IMG/VR virus record: IMGVR_UViG_3300032753_000045 | Span: 1 to 50,175 of that record | Source of the DNA: a virus | Taxonomy: Duplodnaviria; Caudoviricetes | Direction: 5' to 3' (one strand) | DNA length: 50,175 nt | In this document: one piece after another, positions 8,026 to 15,679 of the stretch | Position numbering within the stretch: the stretch's first letter is position 1 | Layout of the letters: each line of letters opens with the position of its first letter | Program-made: the position numbers and the translations under genes | The notes under the pieces: model-generated | The model's database searches: none | What the model was told of the DNA's origin: nothing | The model's input: only the letters and a program-made list of their open reading frames with translations

Positions 8026-8486
8026 TACCTAAAGGTTGCAATTAGCAACCTTTTTTCATACTTATAGGTATAAAAAGATATACAAATATCGGACAACAAT
8101 GTCTTATTTTTGCATGACTTTTTATTGAAATTTCATGCACTTACAAGCGTTTTTAAAATAGGTCAGCTAACAATAACAAAGTAAATTTTTAGCAAATAAC
8201 AAAGTAATAAAAAGTTTCCCGAACGGGAAGAATTGATAAAAAAATGTGCAAATGTAAAGAAATATTCCCGAACGGGATATTTTGTAAGAAAAAGTTATAA
8301 CATTCACAATGTTAAACACAACAAAAGTATGTTAAATGACTCATTAATAAGGCTTTAAGTTATTTAAGGACTCTTTAATAAGTCAACAAATGTGTAGTTA
8401 GTTACACATTTCATGTACAAAATGTCAACAAAAACGTACATATACCGACAATATGTCTACAAAACTGCAAATTTTGTACTTATAGG
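8025..8486. repeat. Non-coding array of about nine distinct paired or palindromic operator-like motifs
   Basis: For example TTCCCGAACGGGA x2, GACTC(A/T)TTAATAAG x2, AATAACAAAGTAA x2, ATGTC(A/T)ACAAAA x2, TGCATGA-N15-TCATGCA, TAACATT-N3-AATGTTA, AAATGTGTA-N6-TACACATTT; no ORF of 60 aa or more; flanking genes converge. Confidence 0.85.
8031..8056 (+). terminator. Intrinsic terminator
   Basis: AAAGGTTGC-AATTA-GCAACCTTT followed by a T run, just after the stop at 8025. Confidence 0.6.
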
Positions 8487-8899
8487 TTGTAGGTTTTAAT
8501 AGGTTCGTGGCTTTTTAAATCTACATTGCAAGCCCATTTAACTGCTTCCTCAGCCGTTAACCCCATCCGCATACATACTTCGGCAGCCATCGCCCCTGAG
8601 CCGATAGCCATAAAGGTTTTAGCTCTTTCCCATTCCAAATCTTCACCGCAATAAAAAAGACCTTCTTTGGTCAATTTTATAAAAGAACTATCAGGTTTTA
8701 GCTTTGGTTTAACTTTGCTTTTTTTGTTGATGTATTCAACTACTTTTTCGCAATCGCTCCAGTTGCCCGCTACACCTAACCAACCACCATCTATGGATAC
8801 AACTTTTTCATCAAAATACTTAATACCAGTATCTTCATCTGAAAACTGACTGTCTGAAACCAAAACTTTATTAGTCCAATCGCCAACAATAGTAGTCAT
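8480..8899 (-). CDS. Ntn-hydrolase (HslV/proteasome beta-like) peptidase
   Basis: N-terminal MTTIV, then DSQ, GVAG, AIGSGA..A, AEEAV..A...D pattern. Confidence 0.7.
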   Translation of the reverse strand: MTTIVGDWTNKVLVSDSQFSDEDTGIKYFDEKVVSIDGGWLGVAGNWSDCEKVVEYINKKSKVKPKLKPDSSFIKLTKEGLFYCGEDLEWERAKTFMAIGSGAMAAEVCMRMGLTAEEAVKWACNVDLKSHEPIKTYNL

Positions 8900-8901
8900 G
8901 T

Positions 8902-9885
8902 TTACACCTTGTTTATGCAGCCTCTAAACTCAAACTCACCGTTTTGCTCGTCCGATACCATAATTAGTTCTGGCATGAGCATCCTGCCTTGGTCAAAGGA
9001 TAGCATAACGAATCCGGAGCGCCAGTCGAGAGGGTTATCTTCCACATACTCGAAGGTAGGACTCATCGGATCAGCCAAACATCCGGTCTGAACCCCAAAA
9101 AAGTTGCCTTGATAATTTGAAATCGGCTGTACGGCGAGGACATGCGTATGCCCCGTAATGATGTTTGTGTTGCCCGCTGCCAGCAAATTGCTATAACCCG
9201 CCGTGCGTCCACCCTTAAAACGGTGTTTTACAACGGTTTCTTCACCGATCCAAAAGCTCCAACAAGTTTCCCACTCAGGAAAGTGGTATTTCAGGCTAAA
9301 GCCATCTACACCGCTATATTCTGGCACCTTATTAACCAACCATGACTCGTAGCGCATGTCATGGTTTCCTAGCGTCCAAATTAACCGACAGCCGGGAGGT
9401 CTATGTTTAACGATTTCATCAAGGTGATAACGACAATTTTGTAGCTCTTGCAATACCGTGGGCTTGGCATCGTAATTAATCGATGGGAAACGGCTCAAAA
9501 CCTGCCCATCGAAGGCGTCGCCATTGCAGATGATGACCTGTGGCTTAAAGGTGTCAATCATCAACAGGAGGGCTTTAAATGCCGTTGTAGTGGTATCTGT
9601 AAAATGCGCGTCTGAAAACACAATAACGCGCTTTACCTTGTCAACGTCAATGCCTCTTCGGACGTTATGGGCTGCTTGTTCTACTTTTTTGAGTGGGGGC
9701 TTTTTTTCATCCCGTTGAGAATTGCTGGTAGGAAGATCTATCTTGTAGCGAATCTCAAGATTTCGTCGGCGGGTCAAGGCACTTCTAGGGTTTATACCTA
9801 ATTCTTTTCCTACAAGGGTAGGAGAACCTAGTTTTTTCCAAAGTGCAATAAACTCCTCGTCTGAACAAACAGCTTTAAACACCAT
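8902..9885 (-). CDS. Calcineurin-like metallophosphoesterase with N-terminal HTH-like segment
   Basis: SDAH, NGDAFD, LGNHD and GHTH motifs. Confidence 0.88.
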   Translation of the reverse strand: MVFKAVCSDEEFIALWKKLGSPTLVGKELGINPRSALTRRRNLEIRYKIDLPTSNSQRDEKKPPLKKVEQAAHNVRRGIDVDKVKRVIVFSDAHFTDTTTTAFKALLLMIDTFKPQVIICNGDAFDGQVLSRFPSINYDAKPTVLQELQNCRYHLDEIVKHRPPGCRLIWTLGNHDMRYESWLVNKVPEYSGVDGFSLKYHFPEWETCWSFWIGEETVVKHRFKGGRTAGYSNLLAAGNTNIITGHTHVLAVQPISNYQGNFFGVQTGCLADPMSPTFEYVEDNPLDWRSGFVMLSFDQGRMLMPELIMVSDEQNGEFEFRGCINKV

Positions 9886-9901
9886 GTAAAACCCCTATTT
9901 A

Positions 9902-10111
9902 TTAGAATTTACCCGCTATCTTCTTAATCTTTTGTTCCATTTCCCAATCCTCGCGGCATTCTGCGGAGCAAAAACGCCCTTCGGGAATCAATTCATTACA
10001 GCAAAGGCAGTGCCCAGTGTAAGGGTGTTTTTTTTCATTACGAACCGCTTTTATAGCTAATTCACGGTGCAAAGCTTCCATGTCGGACGCTTCGTCAAAA
10101 AAATCGCTCAT
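9902..10111 (-). CDS. TraR/DksA-like C4 zinc-finger protein
   Basis: N-terminal MSDFFDEA (DxxDxA); CLCC...C.AEC. Confidence 0.65.
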   Translation of the reverse strand: MSDFFDEASDMEALHRELAIKAVRNEKKHPYTGHCLCCNELIPEGRFCSAECREDWEMEQKIKKIAGKF

Positions 10112-10557
10112 GCTAAGGTACCACCTACATTTTCATAAAAGGCTTCAAGATGAGCCATTGAATTAGTCCTCTGCCCATAGGGGCTATTAGGCAGACTAGC
10201 CCAAATACGATTGCATCGAATAATAGCATCTTGAAATCTCCCATCATTAATTAACATATCTGCGCCAGTTTCTTTAATCAGTTCTAGCGCAATCATATCT
10301 TGTGCGTGTGGGGAAAAGTCTACGGCGCCTACGCGAGTCTTATAGGCGTCATATATTCGTTCTAATATTTGGTATTTGCCAGCCGCTGTAGAGGTCAAAC
10401 CATTGATGGTGATGTGTTTACGGGGGTGGTCTTTATAGCTTTGAAAAAGTGTTCCGCCATACAGAACATTGTAGCCTTCGTCAGAATGCGCCAATAAATC
10501 TCTGCCAATCTCTGAAAAACCGATGGTTTTAAGCAACGCTATTTCATTGTTGGTCAT
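10108..10557 (-). CDS. Endolysin, lambda R-like lytic transglycosylase
   Basis: SE...GYNVLYGG...HP...STAAGKYQIL...FSP..QD...WASLP. Confidence 0.9.
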   Translation of the reverse strand: MTNNEIALLKTIGFSEIGRDLLAHSDEGYNVLYGGTLFQSYKDHPRKHITINGLTSTAAGKYQILERIYDAYKTRVGAVDFSPHAQDMIALELIKETGADMLINDGRFQDAIIRCNRIWASLPNSPYGQRTNSMAHLEAFYENVGGTLA

Positions 10558-11002
10558 CTGGCAGTCCTAATCTTTCGCGTTCGTATTTTTGCAATAGTTC
10601 ATATTTTAGGGTTACTTCAGCGCATTCTCCAGCAAGTAATGTGTACTTGGTTTCTGCATCAATTCTGAGGGAGGTGGCTGATCCTGATAACAGGGGACTG
10701 GAACTTGGTGAGCGCAACCCGTTAGCATAATAGCGGCGCAAAATGATAGTTTTAGCAGCGAGTTCATCTTGAAGTCCTTTAACAATTAAATCGTGTTGTT
10801 GTTTTTTGGCTTTGTTTTCCGCAAGTTGCTCCTTGACGATTCGCGTTTGCTCTTCTTGGTATCTAAGAAACTTATTATGCTCCCAATGCCAAGGAGTATA
10901 GCCAACGCAAAATAGCACCACAGCAGCCAATCCAATTTCGATGTAGGTGATAACATTACCTGAGAAGAAGCCAATGGCTTTACTGAGAAGAGTTTTCCAC
11001 AT
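10544..11002 (-). CDS. Rz-like inner-membrane spanin
   Basis: N-terminal TM, coiled coil, embedded lipoprotein gene. Confidence 0.8.
   Translation of the reverse strand: MWKTLLSKAIGFFSGNVITYIEIGLAAVVLFCVGYTPWHWEHNKFLRYQEEQTRIVKEQLAENKAKKQQHDLIVKGLQDELAAKTIILRRYYANGLRSPSSSPLLSGSATSLRIDAETKYTLLAGECAEVTLKYELLQKYERERLGLPDDQQ
10612..10767 (-). CDS. Rz1-like outer-membrane lipoprotein spanin, embedded in Rz
   Basis: Manual translation MNSLLKLSFCAAIMLTGC-AHQVPVPCYQDQPPPSELMQKP...; lipobox LTGC; Pro-rich. Confidence 0.8.
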   Translation of the reverse strand: MNSLLKLSFCAAIMLTGCAHQVPVPCYQDQPPPSELMQKPSTHYLLENALK

Positions 11003-11222
11003 TTTTATCTGTCGCTGATTGAGCGCCTACATAAACACCGCTACCGCCAATTAAAGCCCCTAGCCCCATGCCAAAAGCTGAAAAGTCCATTGAGTGATTC
11101 AAAATGGCGTGAATAAAACCAAGAGCAATAAACGATAAAGCCCCTAAAAATAGCGATACGCGACCGACACACCAAGTACGATTATCGTTTTGGGTCAACA
11201 TGTCGACAAAAAACTTTTTCAT
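10980..11222 (-). CDS. Putative holin (2 TM)
   Basis: Two hydrophobic helices; lies in the lysis cassette. Confidence 0.65.
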   Translation of the reverse strand: MKKFFVDMLTQNDNRTWCVGRVSLFLGALSFIALGFIHAILNHSMDFSAFGMGLGALIGGSGVYVGAQSATDKNVENSSQ

Positions 11223-11401
11223 TTTTTCTTTTTGGGTGCTGTCTTTTTGGCAACAACTGGGGCTTTTTTAGCTGCGGGCTTACGAGTAGTCGCTTTTTTG
11301 ACCAGTTCTTTCTTTGGTTTTACTGGTACTTCTACTGGGAATTCTGGCAGTTTGGATTCAACTGGTTTTTTACGGAGGAGAGCACAGATTCTAGCGAACA
11401 T
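11219..11401 (-). CDS. Lys/Ala-rich histone H1-like small protein
   Basis: KKATTRKPAAKKAP...KKKK composition. Confidence 0.55.
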   Translation of the reverse strand: MFARICALLRKKPVESKLPEFPVEVPVKPKKELVKKATTRKPAAKKAPVVAKKTAPKKKK

Positions 11402-11664
11402 TATTTATCCTGTTTGGTATCTAGTTTTGCCATTATCAAGTCTAACGTATGTTCCATTCTTGATAGTCTTTGATCTAAATCAGTCTTTTTAACATATTCA
11501 TTTGGAAGCATTACTTCAAGCTTTTTCATGTCTTTTGCCAATTGGCTCTGGGCATCACTTACTTCTTTTTGACTGCGAGAAATGCTGTTAGTCCACCACC
11601 CAATCAGCCCGCTAATAAACATGTAGGCTAGGGTTATTGCCGCAATAATCGATTCCCAAGACAT
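11401..11664 (-). CDS. TM plus coiled-coil protein of the lysis region
   Basis: N-terminal TM; EYVKKTDLDQRL..MEHTLD pattern. Confidence 0.65.
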   Translation of the reverse strand: MSWESIIAAITLAYMFISGLIGWWTNSISRSQKEVSDAQSQLAKDMKKLEVMLPNEYVKKTDLDQRLSRMEHTLDLIMAKLDTKQDK

Positions 11665-11692
11665 GCTTTACCCCTCATTTAAACACTAAAAG

Positions 11693-12127
11693 TTACAGGA
11701 AGTTTAACACTTCTTCTGGTTTTACAAAAGCATCTGGGTTATGTTCCGTATACTCCCACCAAAGAAATTGATTTGTTGCAAGGTATTTGCGGTCTTTCAG
11801 TAAATTAATGTTTTCAGGGTGTCCAAAAATCTTTGGGTCAGAAACTGCCCAAAGCACAATACCCGGTTTGCCTTCGCTCCAAGCTAAATGCTGAAAAAAG
11901 CTATCTACGCCGATCCAAGTGCGGCACTCTTTAATAAGCTGTCGCAGCTCATTCATTGGCAAATTCTTTCGAAAATCAGAAACTAACTGCTTTTCCCCTT
12001 CTACGCCAATCTGAACGATATGTTCATTTTTCGCTATTTCTTGTACAAGTTCTTTCCAATATGGATAGTTTTTGGGGTTTTCTGTACCTTTTAGCAAAGG
12101 TTTGGCAAACGGATGGATTAGGATCAT
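11693..12127 (-). CDS. GT9-like glycosyltransferase, C-terminal GT-B domain
   Basis: ILIHPFA...KNYPYWKELV...IGVDSFFQHLA...KPGIVLW. Confidence 0.75.
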   Translation of the reverse strand: MILIHPFAKPLLKGTENPKNYPYWKELVQEIAKNEHIVQIGVEGEKQLVSDFRKNLPMNELRQLIKECRTWIGVDSFFQHLAWSEGKPGIVLWAVSDPKIFGHPENINLLKDRKYLATNQFLWWEYTEHNPDAFVKPEEVLNFL

Positions 12128-13089
12128 AGGTAAAGCTTTCTGTAAGCGTTCTCTAGGCTATCTGTCCATTTCCATTGATCCATTTTGGCGTATATATTCC
12201 AAGGCTCTATGTCCCCAAATAGCGATTGCGCTTCGGCGATCGATCTGCCCGGGACAACATCTGGGTAACAAGTGAATACAACAGGATTGGCAATATCACG
12301 CAAAACCCGACTAAAAACGATATGATCACCAAGACCAGAATTAAGCACCACAATAGTAGACCCGTTGTAACGGAGGATATTTCTGAAAATAGCTTCGTCA
12401 TGGTCGTACATTTCCTTTTTAATTTCGCTACGAATGCCCCCTTGCGGGTTTTTTAAATGCCACGAATTGGCATTAGGGACAACTATAACCTCATACCCTT
12501 TTTTATGTAAACCGTAGGTAAATAAAGTTTCTTCCCTATGCGCTATTCGGGATAACCCTAGGTTGTAATCCCAAACGCCAGCGCGGTATAAAAAAGAGCA
12601 ATGTAAGTGTTCTACTTTTTTGACCTCATCGATCATATTCCATTGAATATTGGGTTCAACATCGATGTATTTAATTTTGCCCGTAGCGTTTACTTGCCTT
12701 AGAGGAGGCGTCAAAATGGCGCCGCCCACAGCCCCAAGCCGAGAGGTCTGTAGCGCGTAGCTATACAAATTTTGCAATACATTGGGTTCTGGAATGCAAT
12801 CATCATCTACCCGCCAAACCCATTCGTAACCCATTCTATTGGCTTGTTGATGGATATGGTGTTGCCCTTTTTTGGGCGCGAACTGCCACTCCCATTTAAT
12901 GCCTTTGGCATCCATTTGCTGGAAAAGACTTTGATAAATAAACTCTTTTCGCATATCCAGTGGATCGTCATTATCATCAAAAATGACCAGCTTATCGGGA
13001 AGTCTGGTCTGATTGATAACCGCGTTTAAAACCAAAGGCAAGGTCGTAAAATATCGACCTCTTGTGGCTATGGAGCAGAGTACTTGCAT
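12124..13089 (-). CDS. GT2 glycosyltransferase fused to a GT9-like N-terminal domain
   Basis: RVDDD DxD motif, HREET; C-terminal VVLNSGLGDHIVF. Confidence 0.8.
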   Translation of the reverse strand: MQVLCSIATRGRYFTTLPLVLNAVINQTRLPDKLVIFDDNDDPLDMRKEFIYQSLFQQMDAKGIKWEWQFAPKKGQHHIHQQANRMGYEWVWRVDDDCIPEPNVLQNLYSYALQTSRLGAVGGAILTPPLRQVNATGKIKYIDVEPNIQWNMIDEVKKVEHLHCSFLYRAGVWDYNLGLSRIAHREETLFTYGLHKKGYEVIVVPNANSWHLKNPQGGIRSEIKKEMYDHDEAIFRNILRYNGSTIVVLNSGLGDHIVFSRVLRDIANPVVFTCYPDVVPGRSIAEAQSLFGDIEPWNIYAKMDQWKWTDSLENAYRKLYL

Positions 13090-14312
13090 AGCATTAAATT
13101 AGCGCGATTAGTGGCAGAAAACGGAGCAGGGGTATTCGATATAAACCCTTGTTCACTGATATATTCAAACTCAAAGCCGGGGAAATGGCTTTCATTTAAA
13201 CCATGCAGTTTGTGGTGCTCACCCCAGAATCCTTTAGGTTCATTCCAAGGCACCGAAATTAATAAACGATTGCAATGCTTTTTTAGTTTTTCCACAAGCT
13301 CCAAGCCGTTATCTAAATGCTCAATGACTTCAAAAGCAATAATGTTGGCGGCTTTTCCAAGATCATAGGTATTAATATCAGCATGTACAAAATTTCTGTT
13401 AAAACCCCAATCTTGTTCTTTTGCCACTTCGATAATAATCGGGTCATAGTCTAAGCCAACATAGTCATAGTAACTTGGAAAAAATTGGCTACCGTATCCT
13501 GTAGAACATCCGATTTCCACAATGTTTGTTCTATCATCCAGATTTTTTGCAGCCCATTCATACCGCGCAGTTTCTCGCGAAAACACAGAATCGCCTTTTA
13601 AAAATACGGCTCGTTCATAGTTATTGGATAACAAATAACGGTAATGATCTATGTTCCATTTTTTAGCTAGGCGCAATTTATTTGCATGGAATTTTAATGA
13701 ATAATCAGGCACTAATTCAGGATCATGAACAGTACCTTCGGCAACATGGTAGATAGGAAAATCACCCCGATAGCCCACATCTATTAGCCTAAAGCCCGCA
13801 TCTGTAGCTCGTTTGCAAAAGTCTATATCTTCGCAGCCGCCCGTTTCAAAGGATTCGTCTAGTACGCCAATATCAACAAATACTTGGCGGTCAATCATGG
13901 TACAAAAGAAAACGCCGAACGGTTGATTTGTAATACGAGAATTTAAAGTTAAAACAGAAGCGATGTCGCCAACATCTAGTCGTTTTAACCAATCATTTTT
14001 TGGTTGTTCTAACAGCAAAGTGTCGTTATTAAGTAATACTATTTTATGCCCAATAGCATTCAAAATTCCTTGATTAATAGCTTTGGCAAAACCTAAAGGT
14101 TCATTATTCCAAACTATAAACAAATTCGGAATAGCAGTTGATAGATAGTCTAAATAAAATCGAGTATTATCAGTACAGCCATTAGCAGAAATGACCAACT
14201 CTATGTCGGTCATTTCCGTGTATTTAATTATGGAGTCAATACATGGTTTTAAATATTTCTCACAATTATTGTAAGTCGGTATAACTACCGAATATTTTGG
14301 GGATTGCATCAC
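13068..14312 (-). CDS. GT2 glycosyltransferase fused to a SAM-dependent methyltransferase
   Basis: SVVIPTYN, LLNNDT, GCEDIDFC; VEIGCSTGYG, FEVIEHL. Confidence 0.88.
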   Translation of the reverse strand: MMQSPKYSVVIPTYNNCEKYLKPCIDSIIKYTEMTDIELVISANGCTDNTRFYLDYLSTAIPNLFIVWNNEPLGFAKAINQGILNAIGHKIVLLNNDTLLLEQPKNDWLKRLDVGDIASVLTLNSRITNQPFGVFFCTMIDRQVFVDIGVLDESFETGGCEDIDFCKRATDAGFRLIDVGYRGDFPIYHVAEGTVHDPELVPDYSLKFHANKLRLAKKWNIDHYRYLLSNNYERAVFLKGDSVFSRETARYEWAAKNLDDRTNIVEIGCSTGYGSQFFPSYYDYVGLDYDPIIIEVAKEQDWGFNRNFVHADINTYDLGKAANIIAFEVIEHLDNGLELVEKLKKHCNRLLISVPWNEPKGFWGEHHKLHGLNESHFPGFEFEYISEQGFISNTPAPFSATNRANLMLCKYSAP

Positions 14313-14331
14313 TAATCCTTTAAAGTTTAAT

Positions 14332-14697
14332 TTATGGTAACGCTACCCAAGATTTGGTTGTTTCATCCCAGGTATACATTTTTCCATCCGCAGGGAAAGG
14401 AATAGGCGCTTCCCAAGTCCAATTTGTTTTATTTAGTGTCCAACTTGGAAACGGTTGTGGAGCATAGAAAACATCGTCTTTTGCGTCATAGATATAACCT
14501 ATGCCAGCGTAATTTCCGCGTAGGGCTTGACCACTATCAGGTTTTCCGTCATTACCGTAATGTACCCCACCTTTAGTATTGTATGAGGTTTGGATCCACT
14601 GCCCGGGAGAAGAGTCAACAAACGTCTTAAAAAAATCGGCTTCAGCCACAATTACTTGTGTAACAACATTGTTAACTACTTTTGCATAATGGCTCAT
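14332..14697 (-). CDS. Conserved fibre-associated protein
   Basis: MSHYAKV...WIQTSYN...RGNYAGIGY.YD...PQPFPSW pattern, usually found after Gly-rich fibre genes. Confidence 0.7.
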   Translation of the reverse strand: MSHYAKVVNNVVTQVIVAEADFFKTFVDSSPGQWIQTSYNTKGGVHYGNDGKPDSGQALRGNYAGIGYIYDAKDDVFYAPQPFPSWTLNKTNWTWEAPIPFPADGKMYTWDETTKSWVALP

Positions 14698-14733
14698 AAA
14701 ATCACCTTATTAATCACTGTTAAAAAATTATAG

Positions 14734-14976
14734 CTAATTTGCTTCTTCACTAACTATAGTAGCGGTAGAAGTTTCCCTATCTATAATCATATATCCATGA
14801 CAAGCAACATTCCAATCTTCAGAATTTTCCTCTTTTTCACTAGAAGAGGGAACTTCTAAAACAAAATTTTTAAAAAGAAACTCTTTACCGTTTTCAAAAA
14901 CTCTCCAGACATGTTCAGAAGTACCACGCCCGGGCAATCCTCTGGTCTTATTAAATCGAATTAAATATTTATTCAC
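14734..14976 (-). CDS. Hypothetical protein
   Basis: YLIRFNKTRG.PGRG...HVWRVFENGKE; tightly packed in the operon. Confidence 0.7.
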   Translation of the reverse strand: MNKYLIRFNKTRGLPGRGTSEHVWRVFENGKEFLFKNFVLEVPSSSEKEENSEDWNVACHGYMIIDRETSTATIVSEEAN

Positions 14977-15660
14977 TTAAATAACTTCCGGGAAAGTCGT
15001 TTGACAGATTGGCGGAATAAATTGAGGGTAAACAGTAAAATGAATAAAACGCATACTTTCTGCCGCCACGCTTCTACTAAAAGAATGCGCGAGCCAAGAG
15101 TTTGTAAGCATCAACATACCGGGTTTTGCTTCGTAACAAATAGAATTACTTGCTGGGGTAGCTTTAGTAGCATCTTTTTCACGCAAATTTATTTGAACTT
15201 TTCCAGCTTTTGGATCATGGAATAAAACTTTTGAACAGTTTTCAGGGCACTCTAAAAAATAAAACCCAACAATTTGAGTTCCAAATCCGTGTACATGCTG
15301 CTCCATACCCGAATGTTTTGCATGGTCTTGACACCAAAACTCATCAAAAAAAGTTCTAATATTGGTTAAATCATAGCCTTGCGAATCTAAGATATCCCAA
15401 GACACATTTAAGATATAGTCCGTTAGCTCTTTAATATTAGGGTCATCGTGAAAATTTTGTGTTTGATAGACCGGATATATTTCATCTAACTGTGGTTTTT
15501 CAACTTTAGCTTTTTGAACATAAAGCGCCGCAACTTCCCGAGCTTTTTCTAAATATTCCGATTTCATGATGGAATAAATAGCGGTTGGAAAATAATACTC
15601 TACTGAAAATTGATCGCTATTGTTTAGATCAACTTTCGCTTCTTGATTTTCAGTAGTCAT
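14977..15660 (-). CDS. 2OG-Fe(II) oxygenase-like protein (TIGR02466 type)
   Basis: FPTAIY...HVH...GFYFL...FHDP...SWLAHS pattern; probable start MTTENQ after AAGGA. Confidence 0.75.
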   Translation of the reverse strand: MTTENQEAKVDLNNSDQFSVEYYFPTAIYSIMKSEYLEKAREVAALYVQKAKVEKPQLDEIYPVYQTQNFHDDPNIKELTDYILNVSWDILDSQGYDLTNIRTFFDEFWCQDHAKHSGMEQHVHGFGTQIVGFYFLECPENCSKVLFHDPKAGKVQINLREKDATKATPASNSICYEAKPGMLMLTNSWLAHSFSRSVAAESMRFIHFTVYPQFIPPICQTTFPEVI

Positions 15661-15679
15661 TTTAAAAATATTTTCCTTA

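Noticed and set aside
8025-8486. CRISPR or mini-CRISPR array
   Set aside because: There is no single repeat with regular spacers. Each motif occurs only two or three times and the motifs are unrelated.
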